Of a stretch of DNA of 64,000 nucleotides, positions 1 to 10,158 are shown piece by piece; the first letter of the stretch is position 1, and each line of letters opens with the position of its first letter. The stretch is from Acidobacteriota bacterium (GTDB lineage Bacteria > Acidobacteriota > UBA890 > WLXD01). Where the stretch lies: contig CAXWPL010000001.1 of the NCBI GenBank assembly GCA_963666215.2, forward strand, positions 448,001-512,000, written 5' to 3'. Below the pieces are notes generated by a model. That model worked only from the letters and a program-made list of their open reading frames with translations, was not told the origin of the DNA and ran no database searches. A program made the position numbers and the translations under genes.

Positions 1-646
1 GGAACAGCGGCATCACGTTCAGGCAGCGGTCGTCCGCCGTGAGTCCGAGCGTATTGCGGATGTTGCCCGCCGACGCGCACAGGTTGGAGTGCGTCAACGG
101 CACGATTTTCGGACGCGACGTGGTACCCGAGGTGTGCAGCACCAGAGCTACATCGTCGGGCGCTGCCGCACCCCCTGCGGCAGTCAGCTCGCCCACCGAG
201 TGGCCGGTGATCTCGAAGCTACCGGCCGGGGCTCCCTCCGTCACCACAATCTCGAGCACCGGTACGCCGGCAGCAGCAGCGGCGGCGCGTGCCGGCGAAG
301 TGGAGCCCTGCTCGACGAGCAACGCGCGAGCGCTGAGATCTTCCAGATAGAACTCGAACTCCTGCTGCCGATACCCCGGATTGAGCGGTGCCGTTGTCGC
401 ACCGCTGGCAACCGACACGAAAGCGCTCGCCATTTCCGGTCCGTTGGGCAGCACAATCGCCACGCGATCGTTACACCCTATGCCGCTCGCGTTGAGCGCC
501 GCGACCACTCCCCCCACATGCTCGCGTAAAGCCCCATAGCTCATCGGTGGCCGACCGGGGGAGGTGAGCGCGATGGCCTCTCTATGCCCGGAGTCCAGCA
601 ACGAAGCGACTGTGGCCCTGCTAGCGGGGCTTGCGCTATCCGACAT
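1..646 (-). CDS. Acyl-CoA synthetase / AMP-binding enzyme (oxalate-CoA ligase-like), 5' part; runs off the window
   Basis: Not in the ORF track. Manual translation from ATG 646 (RBS GGAGGGG) gives DRVAIVLPNGPEMA...APLNPGY...DVALVLHTSGTTSRPKIVPLTHSNL...DRCLNVMPLF, which includes the AMP-binding motif. Confidence 0.9.
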   Translation of the reverse strand, partial: MSDSASPASRATVASLLDSGHREAIALTSPGRPPMSYGALREHVGGVVAALNASGIGCNDRVAIVLPNGPEMASAFVSVASGATTAPLNPGYRQQEFEFYLEDLSARALLVEQGSTSPARAAAAAAGVPVLEIVVTEGAPAGSFEITGHSVGELTAAGGAAAPDDVALVLHTSGTTSRPKIVPLTHSNLCASAGNIRNTLGLTADDRCLNVMPLF

Positions 647-684
647 CTTCCCCTCCGTTGGGGCGTTTGATCTGAGGGCGCCCG

Positions 685-2157
685 ATGCTACAGGAGCGGT
701 CCACAGGGGGCCAACCGACTGACCCTTGTGTAATCCCATCGAGTGGATATCTTGACGCCATGTTTCCTCTCGGAGAGCCCGGCAGCAGCGAGATTGCGGT
801 GCGTGCCGGCCGGGGTTGGAGTGGCTGCATGAGACGAGCCGATTTGGCCGCCTTCGCTGGAGTATCGATCGTCGGGCCCTTCCTCGCCTGCGGGTTCTTC
901 TTCGGCCTCAACTACCTCGCGCTCGGTGTGGACCCGGAGCTCGTCGCCGAGAAGGTGCGGGCAGGCTTCGAGGAGGGGCAACTGTCGTACCAACGAACAA
1001 CGGCCAACAGCGCCCTCGGCGGCCATCCTTGGGCTGACTGCGAGACCCTCACGTTTCTGGTCGTCCGACCGGAGCGGCGACTGAGAATGGCGATCTCCGG
1101 CGCCAAACTGCACTCGCAGGCAGGCGGTCATCCGTGCGAGCGCTTGGGAAATTTCGTGTATGGCCGCGCCTCCGCCGACGGTAGTTTCTTTTTCCATCGA
1201 TATTGGAATGGTCATCGCGCGCTCGCGGGACTCGCACTGCGGTGGACGTCGGTTGAAGGCCTGCGGAACCTCTCTCGCTATGCCACGTACATCGGTCTGG
1301 CGGTACTGTTCTTGCTGCCAGCTGTCGCCCTCGCCAGCACCAGGAACCGCGCCGCCCCGGCCGAGACACGATTCCGCATCGCTTTCCTCGCTCTGGTGTT
1401 GGGGCTGTACCTGTTCTTTGCAATTCCCTACTACGCGCCGACCTTCTCGCACTCACCTTCCCATCTGGTGCTCTTCGGCTTCCTTGCGCTGGCGTTCGCG
1501 GTGAATCTGCATCGCGTCCGTCTGGTCACGGCGCTCGCTATCGCCTGTGGGTTCGGCTGCCTCACGGCGTACTTCGAGTACCTGATCGGCGCCACGCCTC
1601 TGGGGCTCGGCGCGATCATCGCTGTGCTGGCGCTGCAGCCCAAGCATGCCGCCAATCCCCGCGCTGTGATCGAACGCGCCGCGCTCATGTGCGCATGCTT
1701 TTCCGCGGCGCTGGTGGCCTGCTTCGCGATCAAACAGGTGGTGGCGACGCTCGCCTTCTACGGCGAGGCCTGGTCGCAGTTCTTCGCGTCGTTGTTTCAC
1801 CGCATCGGCGGCAGCGACTACCCCGCCGGTGAGTCGTTCGAGCGCTTGCTCAGGAGCAGCGCGCAGCTCGCCTGGGGCTCCGACAGCGTCGGCCGATCGC
1901 TGTTTGTGCTCTCGCCGTTGCTGTTTCTAGGCGCATACCTGTTCGCTCGCCGCCGGTGCCGGCTGACCAACGAGACACTCGCTGTCGACATGCTGCTGGG
2001 CTCGGCTCTGGTGATTCCGCTGTGGTACGCGGTTTTCTGGCAGCACACAACACAGCACGCGTCCTTCATGATTCGCATCGTCGCCTGGCCTTTGTCGCTG
2101 GCATTGGCTGCGATCGCGTTCGGGGCCGCTACGCGTGCCGTCCGCCCGATCAGCTAG
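685..2157 (+). CDS. Polytopic membrane protein, unknown function (true start possibly about 829)
   Basis: 490-aa ORF with about 10 hydrophobic segments; motifs HRYWNGH and WYxxFxQHTxxH. Confidence 0.7.
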   Translation: MLQERSTGGQPTDPCVIPSSGYLDAMFPLGEPGSSEIAVRAGRGWSGCMRRADLAAFAGVSIVGPFLACGFFFGLNYLALGVDPELVAEKVRAGFEEGQLSYQRTTANSALGGHPWADCETLTFLVVRPERRLRMAISGAKLHSQAGGHPCERLGNFVYGRASADGSFFFHRYWNGHRALAGLALRWTSVEGLRNLSRYATYIGLAVLFLLPAVALASTRNRAAPAETRFRIAFLALVLGLYLFFAIPYYAPTFSHSPSHLVLFGFLALAFAVNLHRVRLVTALAIACGFGCLTAYFEYLIGATPLGLGAIIAVLALQPKHAANPRAVIERAALMCACFSAALVACFAIKQVVATLAFYGEAWSQFFASLFHRIGGSDYPAGESFERLLRSSAQLAWGSDSVGRSLFVLSPLLFLGAYLFARRRCRLTNETLAVDMLLGSALVIPLWYAVFWQHTTQHASFMIRIVAWPLSLALAAIAFGAATRAVRPIS

Positions 2158-3755
2158 CTCCCGGCAATGGCGGCGCGGATTGCCTTCACCGTTTTGTCGA
2201 CGCGGAACTGGATGAGCTTGCGGCCGATGTCTTGGGTCCACTCCAGGTCGGCAATGCTGACGCCGTTGATGCTCGCCTTGCCGGCCTCGACCCGCTGCTC
2301 ATAACGCACGCTCTCGGGAGAGACCGTCGACTGCATGGCGGTCAGCCAGAAGAAGTCGTGGAAGCCCTCGTTGCCCTCCTCGATACCGAGATCGTTGGTC
2401 ATGTACTCGATCATGTCGTCAACGGCGTAGAGCTCGGGGATGAAGTGGATCCTGCTCTCCGATCCCGCTCCCCAGGCTTCGTTGAGACGATCGGCAACAA
2501 CTCGCATCCCGTCCTGGTTGCCGCCGCTGGCGCCGATGAAGATGATGTTTTCGAAGCCATGGGCCTTGAGGCTCGAGGCAACGTCCTCGAGCATCATCTC
2601 GAAGGTCTCCTCGCGGACGCTGATCGTGCCCGGGTAACGCATGTGCCCAGACGGCGGGTCGTGACTGCCCTCGGGGACGAGCTTGATGATCGACGAGCAC
2701 AACGCATCGCCCAGCGCGCGGGCAATTCCCTCGCACAGGCCGGTGAGCTCGTAGTTGTGCTTCCCCGTTGCGACGTAGGGGCCGTTCTGCTCGAGGCCTC
2801 CGGTGGAGACGATGATGATTTTCTTGCCGGCGGCCATCTCGTCGCGCACTTCGATCCAGGTGAGCTCCTCCATCCAAACCGAGTCGAGCGCCGGAATCGG
2901 GTTGGGCATCGCCAGCTCGCGGCGCGTGGCCTCCTCGCGTTCCGCCGACTGGGCAATGAAGCGCTTGCCGTTCTCGAGTGCGGCGCTCTCGGTAACGATG
3001 ATCGCGCGGAAGCCCTGGCGTAGCCGCCGGCCGATGTCGTCGACGCCCGCGGTGACGCCGCAGGCAACCTGCTCGGCGCGGCAAGCCGCCAGGATCGTCT
3101 GGATGGCCTCTTCGACCGCCTCCATGTCGCCGTCATAGGCGCGACGTAGATCACCCGGTCCGGCGAACATCACGCTGAGGCCCGGTGTGGCTGCGATCTC
3201 TAGGGCGTTCGCGACTCCCGCCTTGTCTTCGACGATGAGCATGTTGACGTAGTCGCCGTCGGGGTTCGCCGGCCACACATTACCCGCGGTGGCGTCGTGC
3301 AGCGCCGCCACCGCAGCGGCGGCTTCTTCGGCCGTTGTTACATGCGGGAAGACGATCGCCGACACACCGGCCTCGACACCCTGCCGAACGTGGTCACGCG
3401 CGGCGTCGAGTGCGTCGCCAACCGGCGGTACGCGCAAGATCAACGGCCAGTTGGCCGCCGCGCTGGCGCCACCAACAGCTCGGTGCATGGCTTCTTTATA
3501 GGAGCGCATCGTCGCGATGTCGAAAGGACCGTTCTCGAGCGAATAGAAGACGAAGTCGGTGTTGCTGTTCTCGACGATCGCCGCGCCACCGGCTGCGCTC
3601 TGTTCGCCGGGAAACACGCCCAGCACCGCGCCACCGCCGGCCAGCATTCGCGCGATCTTGTTCGAGTGGTCATCGTCACTGCCGGCCGCGAGTCCGGCAC
3701 CCGCTACGCCGGCGACCACAACGCTGACCGCCAACATCAACAGCTTGGGTCGCAT
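2154..3755 (-). CDS. Exported fusion of an HpcH/HpaI aldolase-citrate lyase-like domain and a creatininase-family domain
   Basis: Start MRPKLLMLAV (signal-like). N-domain SLENGPFD..LRVP..IVFPHV..IVED..FAGPGDL; C-domain WMEELTWIEVRD..GGLEQNGPY..GKHN..PEGSH..PGTI..SGGNQ. Confidence 0.85.
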   Translation of the reverse strand: MRPKLLMLAVSVVVAGVAGAGLAAGSDDDHSNKIARMLAGGGAVLGVFPGEQSAAGGAAIVENSNTDFVFYSLENGPFDIATMRSYKEAMHRAVGGASAAANWPLILRVPPVGDALDAARDHVRQGVEAGVSAIVFPHVTTAEEAAAAVAALHDATAGNVWPANPDGDYVNMLIVEDKAGVANALEIAATPGLSVMFAGPGDLRRAYDGDMEAVEEAIQTILAACRAEQVACGVTAGVDDIGRRLRQGFRAIIVTESAALENGKRFIAQSAEREEATRRELAMPNPIPALDSVWMEELTWIEVRDEMAAGKKIIIVSTGGLEQNGPYVATGKHNYELTGLCEGIARALGDALCSSIIKLVPEGSHDPPSGHMRYPGTISVREETFEMMLEDVASSLKAHGFENIIFIGASGGNQDGMRVVADRLNEAWGAGSESRIHFIPELYAVDDMIEYMTNDLGIEEGNEGFHDFFWLTAMQSTVSPESVRYEQRVEAGKASINGVSIADLEWTQDIGRKLIQFRVDKTVKAIRAAIAGS

Positions 3756-4186
3756 GTTTGGTTTCCTCTCAGATCGTTCGTAGGGGTCGAACGCGGCGGT
3801 GTGGAGAACATATTCCACGACGGTGGCCACCAACGCTCCACGCAGCCGGACTTTAGCAGGCCGTGGTGGAAGTGTGGTGGGCCTGGCGACAGGGTCTTGC
3901 GAGGCGGAGGCGCGGAGAGAGGAGGAGGCGATGTTCGAACGCATCGTCGACGACGAACGACAAAGCATACGACCGCGGGGCCCCTGCCGGATCTTTGCAT
4001 AGGGGGGGTTACGGCGATTTGGGGCCGCCACACTCCCACCACGGCCTGCTAGTGCCGTCTCGGCGACGAGGCAAGAGTCTGAGCTGGAGTGGCGTCGATG
4101 TGGGACGACGCTGGAGCCATGGCAAACTGCGGCGCGGGCATGATTCACTCGAGCTGAGTCTCCCGTAGGACGTACCCCGACGAGGA

Positions 4187-4945
4187 TTGACCATGCGACG
4201 AGCTCTACTCGGATCCGTTGTCCTCGTGCCACCCGTGCTCCTCGGCGCTGCCCTGGCGTTGGCCTACTCCGCCTCACAGGAGCAAGCGGTGCGAGCCGCC
4301 GACCTGGCACTGGCCGAGGCGGTCGCCAGTCGCGACGTTGAGCGATTCAAGTCGCTGATCGCGGACAACGGGACTTTCTTGGGAGCCTCTGCCGTAGTGG
4401 GACCCGATGAGGTTGCCGCGGCCTGGGCGGGCTTTTTCGACCCGGCGTCGCGCACGACCCTGACCTGGGCGCCAACACATGCCGTGGTCGCCGCGTCTGG
4501 CGATCTGGCGTTCACGATCGGCGACGCTCGGCTTCGAGCGCCGGACAGAAACGGCAACATCACCGAGAGCCCGAGTCACTACGTCAGCGTCTGGGCACGG
4601 CGCGGCGGCGGCGCGTGGCAAGTCGCAGCCGATGGCCCGCTCACAGCCCGGCACCCGGAGGCCGAGGCACCAGATGACCAACGACCGGAGGTATGGGGCG
4701 CGACCGGGCTCACGATGACGCCAGGCCATGCGCTGTCGTTCCAACGTCGGCCAACTCGCGTCGTGACCGCCGACTCAGGCGAGCTCGCCTACAGCCTGGG
4801 CGAGTACACCTTGCACCTCGAATCGAGCAGCTCCGCGAACTCGGACGCGCCGCGGCAGAGCCTCTACCTCGCGGTCTGGCGACGCCAACCAGGTGGGCGT
4901 TGGCAAACGGTCGCCGAAAGCGTGCAGCCTACAGCCAGGTCGTAG
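4187..4945 (+). CDS. Exported NTF2/SnoaL-like (DUF4440-type) protein with a duplicated domain
   Basis: Repeated SGDLAFTIG...YVSVW..GGAW and SGELAYSLG...YLAVW..GGRW motifs; N-terminal hydrophobic signal. Confidence 0.75.
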   Translation: MTMRRALLGSVVLVPPVLLGAALALAYSASQEQAVRAADLALAEAVASRDVERFKSLIADNGTFLGASAVVGPDEVAAAWAGFFDPASRTTLTWAPTHAVVAASGDLAFTIGDARLRAPDRNGNITESPSHYVSVWARRGGGAWQVAADGPLTARHPEAEAPDDQRPEVWGATGLTMTPGHALSFQRRPTRVVTADSGELAYSLGEYTLHLESSSSANSDAPRQSLYLAVWRRQPGGRWQTVAESVQPTARS

Positions 4946-5086
4946 GGCAAGATCAAGATCGCTGCTGCTGGACGCGGCAGCCACTCCCGCCCCCGAGGGG
5001 ACACCCACCGTATCCGCCGTACGACGTCTCACGCGCTTGTCAGAATCCCATGGTGTTGGACCGCCAGAACGCGCTAGCGTCGAGGC

Positions 5087-6223
5087 ATGTCACTGCTTGC
5101 TCTCGTGGGACTGGGTACGATGGCCATGTGGCTGTCGTACGCCAACGGCGCCAACGACAACTACAAGGGCGTTGCCACCCTGTTCGGCAGCGACACCACC
5201 AGCTACCGGCAGGCGTTGGTGTGGGGCACGGCCACAACGTTCGCTGGCTCGCTGGTGGCCGTGCTGTTTGCCGGCCGACTCGTGCGCGCTTTCTCGGGCC
5301 ACGGAGTCGTACCCGACGCGCTGGTGGGCGATCCACGGCTGTTGTTTTCCGTGGCAGCGGCGGCAGCTGCCGTCGTCATGGTGGCGACGATCACCGGCCT
5401 GCCGATTTCGACCACCCACGCGCTCGTAGGGGGACTGACGGGCGCGGGCGTCAGCTCGACGGGCCTCACCGGCATCTCGTGGCCTACGCTCGGAGCGGCG
5501 TTCGCCGCACCATTGCTCATCAGCCCATTGATGTCAGGGCTTATTGTCGCGGCCACCTACCCGCCGCTACGCGCCGCTCGTAGGCGTCTCGGCGTACGCC
5601 ACGACTCTTGTGTCTGCATCGAGCCCGAGCCCACAGCCGAGCTGGCGGCCGCCGACGGGGCCGCGCTGCTGTCGCACACCACCACCACGCCGTTACGCAC
5701 ATAGATCGGCCAGGCACAGCAATGCGGGCTCGGCTACGAGGGCTCGATCTTCGGGTTCACGGCTCAGCACGTTCTCGATACGCTGCACTACGCGAGCGCC
5801 GGCGCGGTGAGCTTCGCACGCGGCCTCAACGACACCCCCAAGATCGCCGCGTTGTTGCTCGCCGGAGCCGTGCTCGAGCCCCTTTGGGTGATGGTCTGCA
5901 TCGGCCTCGGCATGGCCGCCGGAGCCTTGCTGCAGGCCTATCGGGTGGGCCACACCATGAGTCGGCGCATCACCCGCATGAACTCCGGACAGGGCTTCAC
6001 CGCCAACGTCGCGACGGCGTTCATGGTGCTGCTAGCGTCGCGCTTCGGCGTACCCGTCTCCACCACACATGTCTCTACCGGAGCACTCTTCGGCCTCGGA
6101 ATCTCAACCGGGGAGCTCGACACCAGCACCGTCCACGCCATCCTGCTGGCTTGGGTGGCGACGTTACCCGCGGCCTTCGTGGTCGCGTGGGTCACATACC
6201 GACTCATCGCAATGGGCGCCTAA
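5087..6223 (+). pseudogene. PiT-family phosphate/anion transporter interrupted by an in-frame TAG at 5702-5704
   Basis: GANDN..PISTTH in the N-half and GLNDT..PVSTTH in the C-half. ORFs 5087 and 5807 share a frame and are separated by one TAG. Confidence 0.85.
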
Positions 6224-6274
6224 CCGAGAAGTGCCGCGGACGGCCCACCCCAATCGGGCGCTCGGCGCGCTCTT

Positions 6275-8614
6275 CTACTGGATGTAACCCAGGCTCCGTA
6301 GACGCTCGAGCTCTGCGGCATCGAGCCCTTCCGTGGCCTCTGCGTCGGTCGGCAACTCGAGCGACTCTGCCCACGCGAGCCATTTGTCGAGCTCACCCGA
6401 GAGCCGCTCAACGACCTCGGGATTGTCGCCCGCCACATCCTGCTGGTCGAGGGGGTCGGCGGCGTGGGAGTAGAGCTCGTGCTCCGCTGCATCGCCCGGA
6501 TGGTTAACGTTCCGGATGAGCTTCCAGTCGTCCACGATGATGCTGTAGGCATCGCCGAAGGGAGCATCGAGTTGATCGGTGCGACGACGCCACTCCGACA
6601 CCGCTGGCCGCGCCCGCCAGCTGTGCTCGAGGCCGTCGAGCGACAGCAACGGAGCAAGGCTCTCGCCCGTCATCCTCTCGGGGGTTGCGAGACCCACGAG
6701 ATCGAGCACCGTCGGCGCCAGGTTGAGCATCTCGACCGTCTGGTCAACAACCTGTCCAGCGGGAATCGCCGCCGGCCAACGGAAGACGAGCGGCACGTTG
6801 AGCAGCTCGCCGTAGACGTTCTCCTCGTGGAACCCGCCACCGTGATCGCGGAATTCCTCGCCGTGATCGCTGAAGAAAACCACCAGCGTGTCGTCGGCTA
6901 TCCCCAGTGCCTCGAGCTTTTCCATGAGGCGCTCGATCTCGGCGTCGGCTGCGCGCGTGGCGCCGTCGTACCAATCGAGCTCACGACGGTCGTAGGCTTC
7001 GGGGTCCACACCAGCCTCGATCAGATCCTCGCGGTGTGGGAGGCCCCCCGTGCGCTCCTCGCGATCGATAATCGGACGGATCTTTTCCATCTCCTCGTCG
7101 TGACGCTGTTTGGCGTCGGCCTCGCCCCAGAAGGTGTCATAGGGCCGATACGGCTGGTACGGGCTGTGTGGATCGGTGGTGTGCAGGAACACGAAGAAGG
7201 GCGCGTCGGCGTGGCTATCGAGCCACGGCAGCAGTCGATCGACGAGAGCCCGCGCCGACTTGCTGCGGTGCTGCCCCTCGGGAACCACGAGCGACCCTGG
7301 CTCGTGGAACACCTCCATGCCCTGGTGCAGGTTGCTGGCGCGACCCGAGAAACCGTTCGCTGTGGCACCCCAGGTGGCGTAGCCAGCGGCACGGAACGAC
7401 TCGGCCAGCGTGTCGGCAGCGGCCGGCAGCTTGTGAGCCAGCTCGTAGATGCCGTTCGAGGTCGGATACGTCGACGACAGGATCGACGGCACCGAGACCT
7501 TGGTCCACGCGCCCTGCGCGATCGCGTCGCTGAACATCACTCCGTCGGCCGCGAGACGCGCCACGTTCGGAGCCGTCTCGCGCTCGTAGCCATAGGCGTT
7601 GAGGTGGTCTTTGCGAAGCGTGTCGAAGAGAACCAGCACCACGCCGCGTGGTGGGTGAAATCCCGGACGATCCTCCACGGCACCGGCGGCCGTGGCGCCG
7701 CGACTGCGGATCGCCGGCGCTCCCCAGAATCCGATCGCGCCCTCTTCCCGCCCCTCGAGCGCCAACGTCACCGCCACGTCCTGGTTGGCGAGGTGGCCGA
7801 GATCGATCGTGACCTCTTCCCAGCGGTGCGGCGTGGTCAGCGTTCGCCGCAGCACGACGTCGTCGCCAACCTCAATTCGGAAGGTCACGGGAAGCTCCTC
7901 AACCGTGCCCAGTGCCAGATCGAGAACCGGGTCGGCCGGCAGGCTAACGGTGAACCGAGCGCGCTCGGGTGCTCGCGTGACGATCGACTCGCGATAGCTC
8001 TCCGAGAGCCCTTGCCAGCCCACGCCCGCGGAGATCGTCGACAGGTGCTCCTTGCGAAACACCAGCCTCACCGACTCGATCTCGAAGTCGGCATCGGCGA
8101 CGTCTGTGGGCTGCAGCAACACGTGCCGCGTCCCCGACGCCGTGATCGACCGCTGGCCGGCAACGTTGATCGTGTAGGACTGCGCGTCCTCGCCCGGAAC
8201 CAGCGGTGTCGACAGTTGCCAGGGAAACTCTGCCGCCCTCTCGGCGAGACGCTCGAAGTTCACCTCGTCGGAGCCCGAGAAGCTCATCCGCATCTCGCTG
8301 CCGGCCGAGACACGGGCACGAACAACCACCTCGTGCAGGATGTCGGGATCGTCGAGTCCCGTGGTCCGTTCGACGTGCAGGATCGGCAGCGTCGCAGTAG
8401 TGCGTCCGACGAACCGAGCGTCGCGAACTCGGCCACTGTCCACTCCCAGCGCTGCGGTCCATTGCGGGTTGTCGGCGTCGTCAAAGCGCCACTCGATGGG
8501 CTCGTCGGGGGCTCGCGACGCCGGGGTACCGGCCAGGGTTGCCGAGTCAAACTCGTCGACCAGGCGCGTAACGATCGGCCGCTCTACCGGGTTACTGCAT
8601 GCGGCAACGGCAAC
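6275..8614 (-). CDS. Sulfatase-like hydrolase, probable lipoprotein; 5' end cut by IS256
   Basis: DTLRKDHL..YGYERET.P, WTKVS, HTTDPHSPY, FSDHGEEF, VPLVF, C-terminal LRSLGYI; lipobox-like VAAC at the IS junction. Confidence 0.85.
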   Translation of the reverse strand, partial: VAVAACSNPVERPIVTRLVDEFDSATLAGTPASRAPDEPIEWRFDDADNPQWTAALGVDSGRVRDARFVGRTTATLPILHVERTTGLDDPDILHEVVVRARVSAGSEMRMSFSGSDEVNFERLAERAAEFPWQLSTPLVPGEDAQSYTINVAGQRSITASGTRHVLLQPTDVADADFEIESVRLVFRKEHLSTISAGVGWQGLSESYRESIVTRAPERARFTVSLPADPVLDLALGTVEELPVTFRIEVGDDVVLRRTLTTPHRWEEVTIDLGHLANQDVAVTLALEGREEGAIGFWGAPAIRSRGATAAGAVEDRPGFHPPRGVVLVLFDTLRKDHLNAYGYERETAPNVARLAADGVMFSDAIAQGAWTKVSVPSILSSTYPTSNGIYELAHKLPAAADTLAESFRAAGYATWGATANGFSGRASNLHQGMEVFHEPGSLVVPEGQHRSKSARALVDRLLPWLDSHADAPFFVFLHTTDPHSPYQPYRPYDTFWGEADAKQRHDEEMEKIRPIIDREERTGGLPHREDLIEAGVDPEAYDRRELDWYDGATRAADAEIERLMEKLEALGIADDTLVVFFSDHGEEFRDHGGGFHEENVYGELLNVPLVFRWPAAIPAGQVVDQTVEMLNLAPTVLDLVGLATPERMTGESLAPLLSLDGLEHSWRARPAVSEWRRRTDQLDAPFGDAYSIIVDDWKLIRNVNHPGDAAEHELYSHAADPLDQQDVAGDNPEVVERLSGELDKWLAWAESLELPTDAEATEGLDAAELERLRSLGYIQ

Positions 8615-10015
8615 GGTGATGTCTCGCTTTCCGTTGAAAAAGGTGACGGTGATCCGACCTCGATAGTGTGTCGGGGTCAATCCACTGGCATGGAGGATCA
8701 CCGTCATGAGCAAGAGTCGCAGAACAGAGACAAGTAGGAAAGCGGAGCGCCAAGAGAACCCGCTCCTGGAGGCAGTGGTAGCGGCGCGATCGGATCTACG
8801 AGCGCTGGTCATGGACGCGGGCTTCGGGGTGTTGGGTTCGCTGCTGGAAGAAGACCGGGCGGAGCTCTGCGGAGAGCGCTACGCGCGGTCACAGCAGCGG
8901 CGGGCGTACCGACACGGCTACGACGAGGGCTCGCTGGTGATGGGCGGCCGGCGGGTCAAGGTACGCAAGCCGCGGGCTCGGAGCGTCGATGGCCAAGAGC
9001 TGCCGCTGCCGCACTGGGAGAGGTTCAAGGCAACAGATCCGCTCGAAGAGCGCGCCGAGCAGATCCTGTGCGGCGTCACGACGCGCAAGTACGAGCGCTC
9101 GTTAGAGGCTCGACGACGGGCGAGCTTCGTCGGGAACGAGTCGCTCGAGTGTGTCGCGGCGGTTCGTAGCGCGTACAGCCAAGCAGGTGCAGCAGTACCT
9201 GGCCCAACCGCTCAATGAAGTGGACCTGCCGGTGCTGGTGATCGACGGCACGCACATGGGCAAGCACTTGTTGGTGATCGCCATGGGCATCGACGCGGAC
9301 GGCGTCAAGCATGTGCTGGGTCGTAGAGGGCACCACGGAGAGCTCCCACGTGTGCCGGTCGCTGCTGCGGCAGTTGATCGAGCGCGGCATGCCCGTCGAA
9401 CGGGCGCGGTTGGTGGTAATCGATGGCTCCAAGGGCCTCCGTAAAGCAGTGCGCGACACGTTCGGCGAGTGGGCCCTGATCCAGCGCTGCCGTGTCCACA
9501 AGATCAAGAATGTATTGGAGCATCTGCCAGGGCATATCCGGCCCTGGTTCGCAGCCAAGATCCGCAAGGCGTGGAAGGCGGAGACGGCCACGGCAGCGAC
9601 CAAGCAGCTCGACGCCGTGGTCAAGGAGCTGGAGACCGATCACCCCGGTGCAGCGGCCTCGCTCAGAGAAGGAATGCAAGAGACGCTCACCGTCACTCGG
9701 CTCCGAGTTCAGGGGCCGCTGCTTCGGACGTTACGTTCAACGAATACGATCGAGAACCTGAACGGGACGATCAAACACGTCAGCCGCAACGTAAAGCGGT
9801 GGCGCTCCGGGAGCATGATCGTTCGATGGGCGGTTACTGCACTCATCGAGGCCGAGAGCAAGTTCCGGAGGGTTCGTGGCTACCGCGACATCGCCAAGCT
9901 CGATGCCGCACTCAACACCGCCGTCGACGTTCCCCTTGAGCAGGAGCGCCGTACTGCGTAACAATCCCCAACCACTTCACCGTCGCCTTAGTTCAACGGA
10001 CGGTGGGACATCCCC
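8615..10015 (+). mobile_element. IS256-family insertion sequence
   Basis: Imperfect TIRs: GGTGATGTCTCGCTTTCCGTTGAA (8615) versus reverse complement GGGGATGTCCCACCGTCCGTTGAA (ends 10015). Contains a transposase; no clean TSD. Confidence 0.85.
8706..9961 (+). pseudogene. IS256-family transposase, frameshifted (about 9110 and 9320)
   Basis: Three overlapping ORF pieces with LCGERY..RHG, VLVIDG, VIDGSKGLRKA, QRCRVHK, RSTNTIE motifs. Confidence 0.85.
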
Positions 10016-10158
10016 CGACGGCCATGATGACCGCGTGATCGACGCCGTCGATCGTGGTCATGGGCACTGGAGAGCGAAAGAGCACGGCCGGCGACGATCG
10101 TGGCCCGCCCGCTCAAACCGACGAGCCACGAGCAAACCGACTCGCTCACGGACCCCGC

